From positions 3,200,001-3,264,000 of the forward strand of contig OZ244561.1 of NCBI GenBank assembly GCA_965217585.1: DNA of 64,000 nucleotides, read 5' to 3'. The notes beneath the pieces were generated by a model. That model did no database searches, was not told the origin of the DNA, and saw nothing but the letters and a program-made list of their open reading frames with translations. Position 1 is the first letter of the stretch. Each line of letters starts with the position of its first letter. Positions 1-9,298 of this stretch are shown one piece after another. Source of the stretch: Candidatus Latescibacterota bacterium (GTDB lineage: Bacteria > Latescibacterota > UBA2968 > UBA8231). The translations under genes were made by a program, and so were the position numbers.

Positions 1-1
1 C

Positions 2-1099
2 GATGTCTACTGGTCGATATGGGATCGCGCCGACGAGTTGGGTCGGCCCCAGCCTGAGCCCCCTGCCTCCGAAAAGGCTAGTGCCAACCGACCCGGTAAG
101 AATGGCTTGACGAGCGTTCGCGATTGGCTCAAGCAGGGCGAGCCGACCGAAGAGGAGCGCGAGGCCGCCGGGTACAGCCCCATCGAGGTACATACAAAGC
201 GCGACTTTAAGAATTTTAACGCCGAAGAGCTGGAGGAGATCGGGCGGTTGCTGCAAGCCATCGCCCGCGCGCTTGCCACGCGCTTCAGTCGCCGCTATCG
301 GCCCGCTCGCCCGCCGGGCCGCCTCGACTTGCGGCGCACCCTCCGCGCCAGCTTGCGCCGCGGCGGCGAGCTGCTAGACCTGTCCTATTGCCGCCGCACC
401 CGTCAGAAGCCCAAGCTGGTCTTGCTGTGCGATGTCAGTAAGTCCATGGACCTGTACAGCCGCTTCTTAATCCAGTTCATGTACGCCTTCCAAAACGCCT
501 ATCGCCGCATCGAGACGTTTGTGTTTGCGACCTCGCTGCACCACGTCGCGCCCCTGCTGCGGGGCAACGACCTGAGCGCGGGGTTGGACGCGCTTGCCGC
601 GCAGGTGCCGGACTGGTCGGGCGGCACGCGCATCGGCACCTCGCTGGCGACCTTCCTCAGCGAACACGCCGCCCTCGTCGATCACCAGACCGCGCTGCTG
701 ATCGTCAGCGACGGCTGGGACACTGGCGATATTGAGCTCCTTGAAGAAAGCATGCGCACGTTGCAGCGCCGCAGCCGCTGCCTAATCTGGCTCAACCCCC
801 TGCTGGGCAGCCCGGACTACCGGCCGGCCACGCGCGGGATGCAGGCCGCCTTGCCGTACATTGACCTCTTTGCCCCGGCCCACAATATCGAGAGCCTCAA
901 GGCCCTCGTCGGATACCTGATGACGCTGCGTGGTGCGACGGCCGCGCGCTACCTGCGCCGACGCCCTGAGCAGCCCGCGCCGACAAAAGCCAGCCCGCTG
1001 TGCCGACGACGGACGACTGGTACCGGCGCTTTGGAGTCCAGCCGTGAAAGACTTGCAGACGATCCTCCTCCGCGCCCAAGAGCTCGACGAGGCGGGTGA
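2..1099 (+). CDS. coxE: CoxE-like VWA domain protein (5' end outside window; probable frameshift near C-terminus)
   Basis: Frame open from base 2; MIDAS-type DVSKSM, DWSGGTRIG, SDGWD and WLNPL motifs; next to xdhC. Confidence 0.85.
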   Translation, partial: DVYWSIWDRADELGRPQPEPPASEKASANRPGKNGLTSVRDWLKQGEPTEEEREAAGYSPIEVHTKRDFKNFNAEELEEIGRLLQAIARALATRFSRRYRPARPPGRLDLRRTLRASLRRGGELLDLSYCRRTRQKPKLVLLCDVSKSMDLYSRFLIQFMYAFQNAYRRIETFVFATSLHHVAPLLRGNDLSAGLDALAAQVPDWSGGTRIGTSLATFLSEHAALVDHQTALLIVSDGWDTGDIELLEESMRTLQRRSRCLIWLNPLLGSPDYRPATRGMQAALPYIDLFAPAHNIESLKALVGYLMTLRGATAARYLRRRPEQPAPTKASPLCRRRTTGTGALESSRERLADDPPPRPRARRGG

Positions 1100-2198
1100 A
1101 TCCTATGTTGTAGCCACTGTCGTCCAGACCTCCGGCTCGGTCTATCGCGGACCGGGCACCCGCATGCTCATCGAAGCAGACCTCCAGAGCTTGGGCACCA
1201 TCAGCGGCGGCTGTCTCGAAGGCGATGTGCGCGAAAATGCGCAAGCCGTCTTCGCCGATGGCCTGCCCCGTCTTCTCCATTACGACGCCACCTCTGAAGA
1301 CGACATCCTCTGGGGCACTGGCTTAGGCTGTAGCGGCACGGTGGACGTGCTCTTAGAGCGCCTGCCCCAAGATGCTCCCTTCCACTATCCAACCTTCTTG
1401 CACGGCTGCGCCTTGGAAAATCGGCACGGCGTCCTCGTCACGGTCTTTGCCACCGAGGGCGAAACCAATGCCGCACCGGGCCAACATCTGATCCTCGACG
1501 AGCGGGAAAACGCCCGCGACGACATCGCCGACTTGGAGCTGCGCGAGATCGCGCTTAACGCCGCCGCCGGAATCCTGGCTACCCTCGACGACACCCAACT
1601 CCCCATCGCCCTAGGACACACGCGCCACTACGAGTTGACGCACAGCAAGGCCGCCCTGCTCATAGAACCCCTGCTGCCCCCCATCGCCCTTTACCTCTTC
1701 GGCGCTGGCTACGACGCCGTGCCCCTCGCCCAGCTAGCCGGCGAACTCGGCTGGCGCGTCTCCGTAGCCGACCATCGGCCCTCCTATGCTCGCGCCGAAC
1801 GCTTCCCTTGGGCCAGGCAAGTCCTCCTCGCCCAGCCCGGTCATCTGCCCGAGGATCTTCAGTTCGACAACCGCTCGTGTGCCGTCATCATGAGCCACAA
1901 CTATCTACAGGATCAGGCTCTGTTGCGGGACTTGCTCGACGCGCCCCTCGCCTATTTGGGCGTCCTCGGTCCGCACCAGCGCACCCAGCGCCTGCTCGCC
2001 GATCTGCAAAGAGAAGGCATCGAGCCAAGCGATGAGCAGGCCGCACGCCTCTTCAGCCCCGTCGGCCTCGACATCGGTGCCGAAACGGCCGAGGAAATAG
2101 CCCTGTCCATTCTCAGCGAGATCCAAGCCGCGCTCACCGGCCGCAAAGGCGGCTCGCTCCGCGACCATACTGGGCCGATCCACGATCGGCCGGCCTGA
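1044..2198 (+). CDS. xdhC: XdhC/CoxF family molybdoenzyme accessory protein
   Basis: GSVYRGPG, GTISGGCLE, GLGCSG, FGAGYDA and SPVGLDIGAETAEEIALSI motifs; GTG start at 1044. Confidence 0.9.
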   Translation: MKDLQTILLRAQELDEAGESYVVATVVQTSGSVYRGPGTRMLIEADLQSLGTISGGCLEGDVRENAQAVFADGLPRLLHYDATSEDDILWGTGLGCSGTVDVLLERLPQDAPFHYPTFLHGCALENRHGVLVTVFATEGETNAAPGQHLILDERENARDDIADLELREIALNAAAGILATLDDTQLPIALGHTRHYELTHSKAALLIEPLLPPIALYLFGAGYDAVPLAQLAGELGWRVSVADHRPSYARAERFPWARQVLLAQPGHLPEDLQFDNRSCAVIMSHNYLQDQALLRDLLDAPLAYLGVLGPHQRTQRLLADLQREGIEPSDEQAARLFSPVGLDIGAETAEEIALSILSEIQAALTGRKGGSLRDHTGPIHDRPA

Positions 2199-2251
2199 CG
2201 CTCTCGGCGTTGTGCCCGGCAGCGACTTAGGATACAGCTCGATCTCTTCCT

Positions 2252-4351
2252 TCAGATCCCACCGAACAGATACGCGATTTTGCTGAAAGCGGCTTTGGTG
2301 CGGTCTCGGTCTCGCACGAAGACGAGAAAGAAGTGACTCTCCGGAGTAAACTCATAGTCGAAGACCGTGTTGAGGTTGTCCGCCGTGGTGCCGTCGGTTT
2401 GCTCGATTACGCGCTCGTGGAACAGTCGCAGACCGACGTGGCGGGTGAACTGGTAGTTCGTCGTCGTGCGCATGACGAGCGTTTCCCGTTGGCCGCGCCA
2501 GTCGAAACGGTGCGCAGTCAGGCTGATCGTCAGTCGGTTGAAAAGATTGGCGTTGGCGTCTAGGCTGACAAACCAGTTGAAAATGCCTTGGCGACTACCG
2601 ATCTGGTTGTAGATACCGACGAAACCCCATGTTGATGTGTATTCGAGGTCGGCACCAGTAAAGCGCGTGTTCCAGAGGCGTCCGGCTTCCCGCAGTTGTC
2701 CGACGCGGGCAAGCGAATAGAAATCGAAACGGCCCACATCGAATGATCCCTCAGCTTGGGCATACTGCTCGCGCAGACGACCCGTCTCGTCTGTCTGCCG
2801 GAACACTCGGCCGCGCAGCACGAGGGCATTCAGCGTGCTACCTTCTGAATACTCGTTGAGGAGGGTAAAGGAGCCTCGCGCGCGGCGATACGCCTCGTCT
2901 TCCAGACCGGTTTCGTTCGGCCGAAACCCGTCGCGGATCTCTTCGAGTTCGACAAAGCCGCTCAGACCCGACTGGTTGCGCCAGTCGGTCGAGACGTGAT
3001 AGGCATAATGGGGGCTGCCGCCGGTGGAGTTGCCTACGAACTGGCCCGTGGCGGTCCAGTCGCGCCCGAGACCGAGGCGACCGTTGAGGGACAGCAGGCC
3101 CACATCGCGGTCGCTCTGGTGCTTGTGGACCGCCATGGCACCGATGACGGTGCGCTCGCCGATGTCGCGGTTGAGGCGTAGGTTGACGAGGTTGGCGCGT
3201 CGTTTGGCATCGCCGTTGTAGCGGTCGATGAGCTTGCCGTACGCGTTTACGGCGGCCCATGTGTAGCCGCCCACTTTTCCCGTGCCCTTGACGCCCAAAT
3301 CGATTTCCTGCACTCGGCGCGTGTAGAACAAGCGCAGGGGCAGATCGAAAAGTTCCGCTCCATCGCGAAAGAACGGTCGGCGTTCGGGCAAAGACAGCTC
3401 GCGTTCGTCGTTGACGTTGATCAGCGTTGGGTCGCTCTCTAGCTGTGAGAAGTCGGGAAACACCGTTAGGTTGCCGATCAGGCTGGCCGATGGCTGGTAG
3501 ATCAAATCGATGCCGGCATCTCCGTCGTCGGGGCGGTCTTCGAGGGCGCGGTAGCTGGCGTAGGGCAGAAAAGCTAGGCGGACGGTCTCTGTTGCGACAG
3601 TAGTTAGCCGAAGCCCCCGCAGTTCACCGAATTCGGAGATGCGGCCAAAGTCACCGCCTGTATCGGACCAAGAATAGGATTCCTGATCGATGGGGTGAGC
3701 CCGCCAAAAGTTCACACCCCACGCGGTGCCCTCCTCATCGTACTGCAGTTCGGCCAACGGGATGGCAAACTCGGCGGTCCAGTGGTCTGTGTACTTCTGT
3801 ACCTCTGCTTCCCACGAAGCGTCCCAGGCAAAGGTGAAGGAACTCTCGTTGCTGACGCGTTGGTCCATCTGTGTTGCGAGCGTGTTGATGCCGAAGACGT
3901 AGGCATTGCGGCCGTCGTGGTAGGTGTCGAAAACGACCTCGACGGCATCGTCGCCCCAAATCCGCGTTTCGCGGCGCGTCAGCGTTTCGCGGAGCCCGGT
4001 CATATCCGGCTCCCAACAACGGAAGCCGACATAGATCGCCACCGCATCGTAGAGAACGAATGCCTCCGTGCGGAGTCGCGCGGGCATGCCGCGAGTCTGC
4101 TGAGCGCGGAAGAAGTCCCCGGCTGCCTCGGCCTTCTGCCAAGCGGGCTCGGAGAGATGACCGTCGATGCGCGGCGGCTGATCAACGCGCAGGGCCGTTA
4201 CAGCGCGCGTGGAGTCGTCCGGTGATTCAGCGCGCGTCGGGACGGCTGCAACGAGCAGGAGGAGCCAGAATTGCAGGCCCCTCGCGAGAGGCAGGCGGCA
4301 GAGACGCAGAACTGCGCCGCCTCGGACCCTGAAGAGGATGAAAAGTACCAT
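2252..4351 (-). CDS. Secreted/outer-membrane protein with CBM9-like N-terminal domain and DUF5916-like region
   Basis: Signal-like hydrophobic stretch; PPRIDGHLSEPAW, WTAEFAIP, PDFSQLE and LPERRPFF motifs; beta-rich C-terminus. Confidence 0.75.
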   Translation of the reverse strand: MVLFILFRVRGGAVLRLCRLPLARGLQFWLLLLVAAVPTRAESPDDSTRAVTALRVDQPPRIDGHLSEPAWQKAEAAGDFFRAQQTRGMPARLRTEAFVLYDAVAIYVGFRCWEPDMTGLRETLTRRETRIWGDDAVEVVFDTYHDGRNAYVFGINTLATQMDQRVSNESSFTFAWDASWEAEVQKYTDHWTAEFAIPLAELQYDEEGTAWGVNFWRAHPIDQESYSWSDTGGDFGRISEFGELRGLRLTTVATETVRLAFLPYASYRALEDRPDDGDAGIDLIYQPSASLIGNLTVFPDFSQLESDPTLINVNDERELSLPERRPFFRDGAELFDLPLRLFYTRRVQEIDLGVKGTGKVGGYTWAAVNAYGKLIDRYNGDAKRRANLVNLRLNRDIGERTVIGAMAVHKHQSDRDVGLLSLNGRLGLGRDWTATGQFVGNSTGGSPHYAYHVSTDWRNQSGLSGFVELEEIRDGFRPNETGLEDEAYRRARGSFTLLNEYSEGSTLNALVLRGRVFRQTDETGRLREQYAQAEGSFDVGRFDFYSLARVGQLREAGRLWNTRFTGADLEYTSTWGFVGIYNQIGSRQGIFNWFVSLDANANLFNRLTISLTAHRFDWRGQRETLVMRTTTNYQFTRHVGLRLFHERVIEQTDGTTADNLNTVFDYEFTPESHFFLVFVRDRDRTKAAFSKIAYLFGGI

Positions 4352-4394
4352 GTCCTAAAGGCTGAGCGCGAGCCTGCACAATGGCAATAGAAAA
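4323..4394 (-). repeat. 72-bp promoter/leader repeat, copy 1 (upstream and start of the DUF5916-like gene)
   Basis: 64/72 identical to 5915-5986 by manual alignment. Confidence 0.9.
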
Positions 4395-4615
4395 CTTGGC
4401 GACATCCAAGCCGCGCTTACCGGCCTCAAGAATGGCTCGCGCCGCTTGGTCGGGCACGAAAACAGCCAGTTTGTTTGGTTCGGTCTCGCCTATCGAGGAC
4501 GTGCCGTTTGCAGTTGAGTTGGGCAGAGGACCGTCGGCCTCAAAGGCAAGTGGAGGGATCTGCTATTTACCGCCAAGCCCGAGAAAGTATATGAGGCTTG
4601 CAGTGAGGCCGGCTT

Positions 4616-5848
4616 TTAAGCGGACGCTATGGATGACTTGCGAGGCCTTGCCAGCACAGCGAAGGCGATCACGACTGGGAGCAGCACGATTGCGGCTGCA
4701 AGGAACCCGGCGCGCAGTGACAAGCCCAGCGCGATCGCGCCCAGGAGGGGGCCGCCGATCATCTGGCCGACGGCATCCATCTGCCCTCCGAAGGATAGGA
4801 CCGTAGCCCGAACTTGCGAGGGCACGAAGCGGTTCTGCCAAGCGCTCAGCAGCGGGCCACTGGCGCGCCGTAACGGGCCTCGTGCCCAGAACATCGCCAT
4901 AGCGAAGGCAAACTCCGTCGCTAGGCCAAAGGCCACCAAGCTGCCGACATAGAGGGCTTGCAGCGCCATCAGCACGCCGGCCACTGCGCGGTCGTTGGAT
5001 GTATTCACGGTCCGCCTGACGACTTCCAACAAGCCGAACCCCAGTCCCATCGATACGTAGCTGCTAAGACCAAACCACGCAATAGGGTCCAGAGGTCCGA
5101 GCCGCGGCATTGTGATCGTCTGCAGCAGAAACGGCGTGGTCAGTCGATCCGGAACTTCGCTCGCCGCGCCAAACAGGAACGGCGTCATCACGATGAGGAT
5201 CAGGACTCGTCGCCGACGGATCACGTGCAGGGCCTGAAGCAATGTGCGCCCCATGGTCCTGAAGGTCTCGCGTCCGTGGGCAGGCAGTGGCCGAAAGCCG
5301 CGCTCCGTCATTGCAAGCGCCGAGAACAGGGCCAGACCGAGGTAGATGAAGCCCCCAACGACGAGGGGCAGGCTACGATCCATACTCGCCAGCGCGACGG
5401 ATAGCGCCGCACCTGCCAGTCCACCGACGAGACTGGCCTGTGAGCCTCGCAGCAGGGCACGCGGTAGCTGCTGGGTACCAATTTCATCGGCCAACCACGC
5501 GGTTCGGGCACCACTACCGAACGTCACCCCGAGTCCTCCCACGACCTGGGCGGCGAGCAGTGCGCCAAACAGCGGGATGGACCCCGCGAGGAGGAAACCG
5601 ATGCCTGTAAGGGCCAGTCCGATAACTACCGAGAGGCGGCGGCTGTAGACGTCAGCTACGACGCCGGTGGGAATCTCAAAGGCAAAGACGGTTGCTTCTA
5701 GGACAGTTCCGACCAGGATAAGCTGGAGCGGGTTGAGACCGACGATCTCGACTTGATAGACGAGGCTAGTTGTGATGACTGTCGCGACGGCGAGCCCCTC
5801 GACGGCCGACATGCCGACCGAGAGTGGGTAGGCGGGCAGCCGCTTCAT
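4616..5848 (-). CDS. MFS transporter, TetA(P)-like family
   Basis: About 12 hydrophobic segments; LNPLQLILVGTVLE...FEIPTGVVADVYSRRLS resembles the TetA(P) N-terminal half as recalled. Confidence 0.85.
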   Translation of the reverse strand: MKRLPAYPLSVGMSAVEGLAVATVITTSLVYQVEIVGLNPLQLILVGTVLEATVFAFEIPTGVVADVYSRRLSVVIGLALTGIGFLLAGSIPLFGALLAAQVVGGLGVTFGSGARTAWLADEIGTQQLPRALLRGSQASLVGGLAGAALSVALASMDRSLPLVVGGFIYLGLALFSALAMTERGFRPLPAHGRETFRTMGRTLLQALHVIRRRRVLILIVMTPFLFGAASEVPDRLTTPFLLQTITMPRLGPLDPIAWFGLSSYVSMGLGFGLLEVVRRTVNTSNDRAVAGVLMALQALYVGSLVAFGLATEFAFAMAMFWARGPLRRASGPLLSAWQNRFVPSQVRATVLSFGGQMDAVGQMIGGPLLGAIALGLSLRAGFLAAAIVLLPVVIAFAVLARPRKSSIASA

Positions 5849-5943
5849 TGGAGGGCCTCCCCGGCGGAGGGGAGGTCGGCGCTCAGGGGCTTGGCCGCTC
5901 TGGCCGATCCGGCCCGGTCCCTGAAAAGGATAAAGGGTACCAT
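5845..5943 (-). other. Candidate 32-aa leader peptide (MVPFILFRDRAG...) coupled to the MFS gene
   Basis: Its TGA overlaps the MFS ATG (ATGA); starts about 30 nt downstream of a TTGACA. Confidence 0.5.
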
Positions 5944-5986
5944 GTCCTGAAGGCTGAGCGCGAGCCTACACAATGTCAATAGAAAA
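5915..5986 (-). repeat. 72-bp promoter/leader repeat, copy 2 (upstream of the MFS gene)
   Basis: Contains TTGACA on the minus strand and an AGGCT-N7-AGCCT hairpin; matches 4323-4394. Confidence 0.9.
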
Positions 5987-6005
5987 GTGGAGGACCGAGT
6001 CGTTT

Positions 6006-6145
6006 CTCTTCAGCCGACGCAGATAGGATCAGTGCGGATGCAGCGAGAAAATCGCCCTGTCCATTCTCGGCGAGATCCAAGCCTCGCTCACTGGCCGCAA
6101 AGGCGGCTCGCTCCGCGACCACCCTGGGCCGATCCACGACCGGCC
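6006..6145 (+). pseudogene. Diverged duplicate of the xdhC 3' end
   Basis: 6045-6145 is 93/101 identical to 2091-2191; weaker similarity extends back to 6006. Confidence 0.9.
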
Positions 6146-6537
6146 TACCATATCCAGCGCCTAAGTCCGCTGACTTGGTCGAAATGCGCGTCGAAGGAGA
6201 CGATAACCGAGCCAGTTTCCATGGCCTGTGCCGCCAGCCATATATCGTTGAGCGGTATCGGCGTTCCAGCTTTTTGTAGTTCGTTTTTGATTTGGCCGAA
6301 GACTTCCCCGGTTTCAGCGGTGACGTCGAGGACGCGCACATTGGACTTTTGCAAAAAACGCGCTAGCAGAGCCTTGTTTTCCTTGAGCCGATTGCCGCCG
6401 CAAAAGCCAGCGTATAATTCCCCAATGACAATGGCGGAGAAAAAAGCTGTTTCCGCCTCGGTCAGCGCATTCAGTACGCGCTCGTCTCCAGTTAGAAACG
6501 CGGTATAGGCATTGGTGTCGAGCAGTATGCGGTTCAT
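6145..6537 (-). CDS. vapC: VapC PIN-domain toxin
   Basis: ILLDTNAY, IGELYAG, IPLNDIWLAA and SFDAHF motifs. Confidence 0.93.
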   Translation of the reverse strand: MNRILLDTNAYTAFLTGDERVLNALTEAETAFFSAIVIGELYAGFCGGNRLKENKALLARFLQKSNVRVLDVTAETGEVFGQIKNELQKAGTPIPLNDIWLAAQAMETGSVIVSFDAHFDQVSGLRRWIW

Positions 6538-6779
6538 TTCCAGTCGTCGGGATCGATCTGGCGAAGGTCTTTTGTCGCCTCTTCAAACTCGGCCAGATCC
6601 GCTGCCGACCAACAGCCAAAGAGATCGGCAAATTCTTCTCGCCGCGAATGCCGTCCTCCCAGTGCTTGTTCGAGCAACCCTTTAATGGTCTTGTTCAAGC
6701 TCTTGCCTTCGGCGGCGGCCTTCTCCCTAATTTGCCGGTCCATTTCATCGTCCATTCCGTGAATGGTAATTGATTTCAT
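6534..6779 (-). CDS. vapB: VapB/FitA-like ribbon-helix-helix antitoxin
   Basis: MKSITIHGMDD...GKSLN RHH pattern; ATGA overlap with vapC. Confidence 0.85.
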   Translation of the reverse strand: MKSITIHGMDDEMDRQIREKAAAEGKSLNKTIKGLLEQALGGRHSRREEFADLFGCWSAADLAEFEEATKDLRQIDPDDWK

Positions 6780-6791
6780 GCCACGACCTCC

Positions 6792-6833
6792 GAACTATAA
6801 AGTGAACTATATTGAACTAAAGAGTAGTTCAAT
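6792..6833. promoter_or_regulatory. Probable vapBC autoregulatory operator
   Basis: Inverted repeat ATTGAACTA-N5-TAGTTCAAT (6811-6833) plus GAACTA direct repeats at 6792, 6804 and 6814. Confidence 0.6.
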
Positions 6834-6899
6834 GGGCATGTTGCGACAAACGCATTTGCCTTGCAGAATATCCTGAACTAACAACGCAAGAGGAACGCA

Positions 6900-9233
6900 A
6901 TGCCTATCAGCGCCAAAGACCTCCAAGCCGCCCTCCCCGACCTCGAAAGCACCCAGTGTTGCGAGGGCCTTGAAAAGACCGTCACCATCCACCGCGACCC
7001 TTGGGGAATCCCCCATATCCAAGCCGCCGGCGAAGCCGACATGTTCTTCGCCCAGGGTTTTGCTACGGCCCAAGACCGCCTGTGGCATATGGACTTCGAC
7101 CGCCATCAGGCGCTAGGCCGCTGGTCCGAATGGGCTGGTCCTGCGGGGCTGGCCCGCGATCGCCTCCTGCGCGCCGCGGGCATGGGCCGCACCGCCAAGT
7201 TGGACTACGAAGCGTCCAGCCCCCAAGCCCGCGCCATGCTCGACGCGTACGCCGCTGGCGTCAACGCCTTTTTGGCGACGACCACGGCTCTACCCGTCGA
7301 ATACCAACTCCTCGGCCAGCGTCCCGAGCCGTGGGAAAGCTGGCACTGCCTCGCCGTGTACAAGATGCGCAACAGCCTGCTCGGCACCTTTGAATCCAAG
7401 CTATGGCGCACCCGTCTGGCCCAAGTCGTCGGCCCTGAGCAGTCCGGCCACAGTATTGTGGCCGCAAACCTCGCTCAACTAATCAAAGGCTATCCCGAAG
7501 GCCACCTGCTCACCGTGCCCCCCGGCACTGAGTACCAGGGAGAACCTCTCGACGGCCTCGCTGCCCTTAGTCGCCGCGAAACCGACCCCGGCTCCAATGC
7601 GTGGTCCATCGCGGGTGCGTACACGGATTCGGGCTTGCCGCTAGTGGCCGGAGACTCGCACCGCGCTCTCGACACCCCTTCCGTCTATTACCAAGTCCAC
7701 CTCGCCTGTCCCGACTTTGCCGTCAGCGGCTATTCGGTGCCTGGCGTCCCCGGCACCCTGCACTTTTGCCACAGCGAATACGTGGCTTGGGGCATGACCT
7801 ACGGCAGTGCCGATACCCAAGATCTGTTCGTCGAGCGCTTCCGCGAAACGGCCGACGGCTTGGAGTACGAATTCAGCGGCGCGTGGCGGCCAGCGGAAAT
7901 CCTGCGGGAAGAAATCCACGTCCGCGGCTCGGCACCCGTTACCTCCGAGGTCGTCATTACCCACCACGGACCTATCGTCGCTGGCGATCCGCGCAAAGGC
8001 CAAGCCATCGCCATCAGCGACCCCGGCCTTATCGAAGGAACCCCTTGGGCCGACGCCGCCCGCGATGCCATGCGCGCCCGCTCGGTCGAGGACTTGCACC
8101 AAGCCTTTGCCCGCTGGAACGACCGCGTCAACAACTACGCCGTCGCCGACATCCACGGCTGCTTTGGCTATCTGCACGCAGGTCGGATCCCCGTGCGCGA
8201 GGCCGCAAACGGCTGGCGCGCCGTCCCCGGCTGGACCGGCGAGCACGAGTGGCGAGGCTACATCCCCCACGCCGAACTGCCCAAAGCCATAGATCCCGCA
8301 ACAGGCTATGCCATCACCTGCAACCAGCGCGTGACCGGCTCCGATTATCCCTACTACGTCGGGCTTATCTTTAGCCCCGACTACCGCGCCCGTCGCATCC
8401 AGACCCGCATCCTCGAACTAGCAAAGGGCACGGCCACTCCCGAGGCTATGGGCCGCATCCACGCAGAACGCGTCTCGCTGCCGGCCGAGGTCTTTACGCG
8501 GGCCTTGCTCGCCATTGAGCCACCCGACGCCGACTGCGCCCAAGCCCTCGACCTGCTGCGCCAGTGGGACTGCCGGATGGACCGCGACCAAGCTCAGCCG
8601 GCGATCTATGCTCAAACCCGCGCCCTGCTCGGATACCACATCGCGCAAAACCTGTTCGGCGGCGACGCCTTGACCTTGCTCGCAGAGGAAGGCGGCGATG
8701 CCCACTGGCGTCTTATCAACCTCGAAGCAACTCTCGCTATTGAGCGCGGCGATACTGCGCTGCTGCCGCCCGGCCAAACTTGGCCCCAAGCCCTGACCGA
8801 GGCCCTGACCGGCGCTCTCGCCACCCTCAAAGAGGCCCTCGGCGACGACATGCACCAATGGCGTTGGGGCCGCTTGCACCGCACCCAGCCCCAGCACCCG
8901 CTCTCCGCGGTTTTCCCCGAGGCCGCTTCCTTCCTCGACCCACTTTCGCTCCCTGTCCACGGCGATGGCGATACGCCCCTAGCCAGCAGTTATGCCTTCG
9001 ATGACTTTGTGGTTACGGGTCTTTCGGTCAACCGCTATATCTTCGATCCCTCCGACTGGACCCGCTCGCGCTGGATCGCGCCGCTGGGGGCCTCTGGCCA
9101 CCCGGCTAGCCCGCACTACGCCGACCAAGCCCAGCTTTGGGCCGATGTGGAGTTTATACCTCAGTTGTGGGATTGGCAGGAGATAGGCGATCGGGCGGAG
9201 ACGACGCAGCTTCTGGTGCCGCCGGAGGAATAA
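6900..9233 (+). CDS. Penicillin acylase family Ntn-hydrolase
   Basis: RDPWGIPHI, AQGFATAQDRLWHMD, catalytic Ser in GSNAW, GASGHPASPHYADQ. Confidence 0.92.
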   Translation: MPISAKDLQAALPDLESTQCCEGLEKTVTIHRDPWGIPHIQAAGEADMFFAQGFATAQDRLWHMDFDRHQALGRWSEWAGPAGLARDRLLRAAGMGRTAKLDYEASSPQARAMLDAYAAGVNAFLATTTALPVEYQLLGQRPEPWESWHCLAVYKMRNSLLGTFESKLWRTRLAQVVGPEQSGHSIVAANLAQLIKGYPEGHLLTVPPGTEYQGEPLDGLAALSRRETDPGSNAWSIAGAYTDSGLPLVAGDSHRALDTPSVYYQVHLACPDFAVSGYSVPGVPGTLHFCHSEYVAWGMTYGSADTQDLFVERFRETADGLEYEFSGAWRPAEILREEIHVRGSAPVTSEVVITHHGPIVAGDPRKGQAIAISDPGLIEGTPWADAARDAMRARSVEDLHQAFARWNDRVNNYAVADIHGCFGYLHAGRIPVREAANGWRAVPGWTGEHEWRGYIPHAELPKAIDPATGYAITCNQRVTGSDYPYYVGLIFSPDYRARRIQTRILELAKGTATPEAMGRIHAERVSLPAEVFTRALLAIEPPDADCAQALDLLRQWDCRMDRDQAQPAIYAQTRALLGYHIAQNLFGGDALTLLAEEGGDAHWRLINLEATLAIERGDTALLPPGQTWPQALTEALTGALATLKEALGDDMHQWRWGRLHRTQPQHPLSAVFPEAASFLDPLSLPVHGDGDTPLASSYAFDDFVVTGLSVNRYIFDPSDWTRSRWIAPLGASGHPASPHYADQAQLWADVEFIPQLWDWQEIGDRAETTQLLVPPEE

Positions 9234-9263
9234 CCCATAGCGCTGCCGAATAATGGAGTTTCA

Positions 9264-9296
9264 TTGCAATAAATTGCCATTAAAGGTAATTTATTG
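9264..9296 (+). promoter_or_regulatory. Probable leaderless sigma70 promoter overlapped by an AbiEi operator inverted repeat
   Basis: TTGCAA-N17-TAATTT places the start site at ATG 9299; IR CAATAAATTGCC-N6-GGTAATTTATTG. Confidence 0.6.
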
Positions 9297-9298
9297 TT

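Noticed and set aside
2091-6145. DGR template/variable repeat pair (also 47948/57761)
   Set aside because: Differences are not adenine-specific and no reverse transcriptase is in the window.
6138-6150. GTAGGCCGG resembling an enterobacterial REP start at the xdhC-copy/vapC junction
   Set aside because: Too short and fully explained by the vapC Trp-stop codons plus the xdhC copy.
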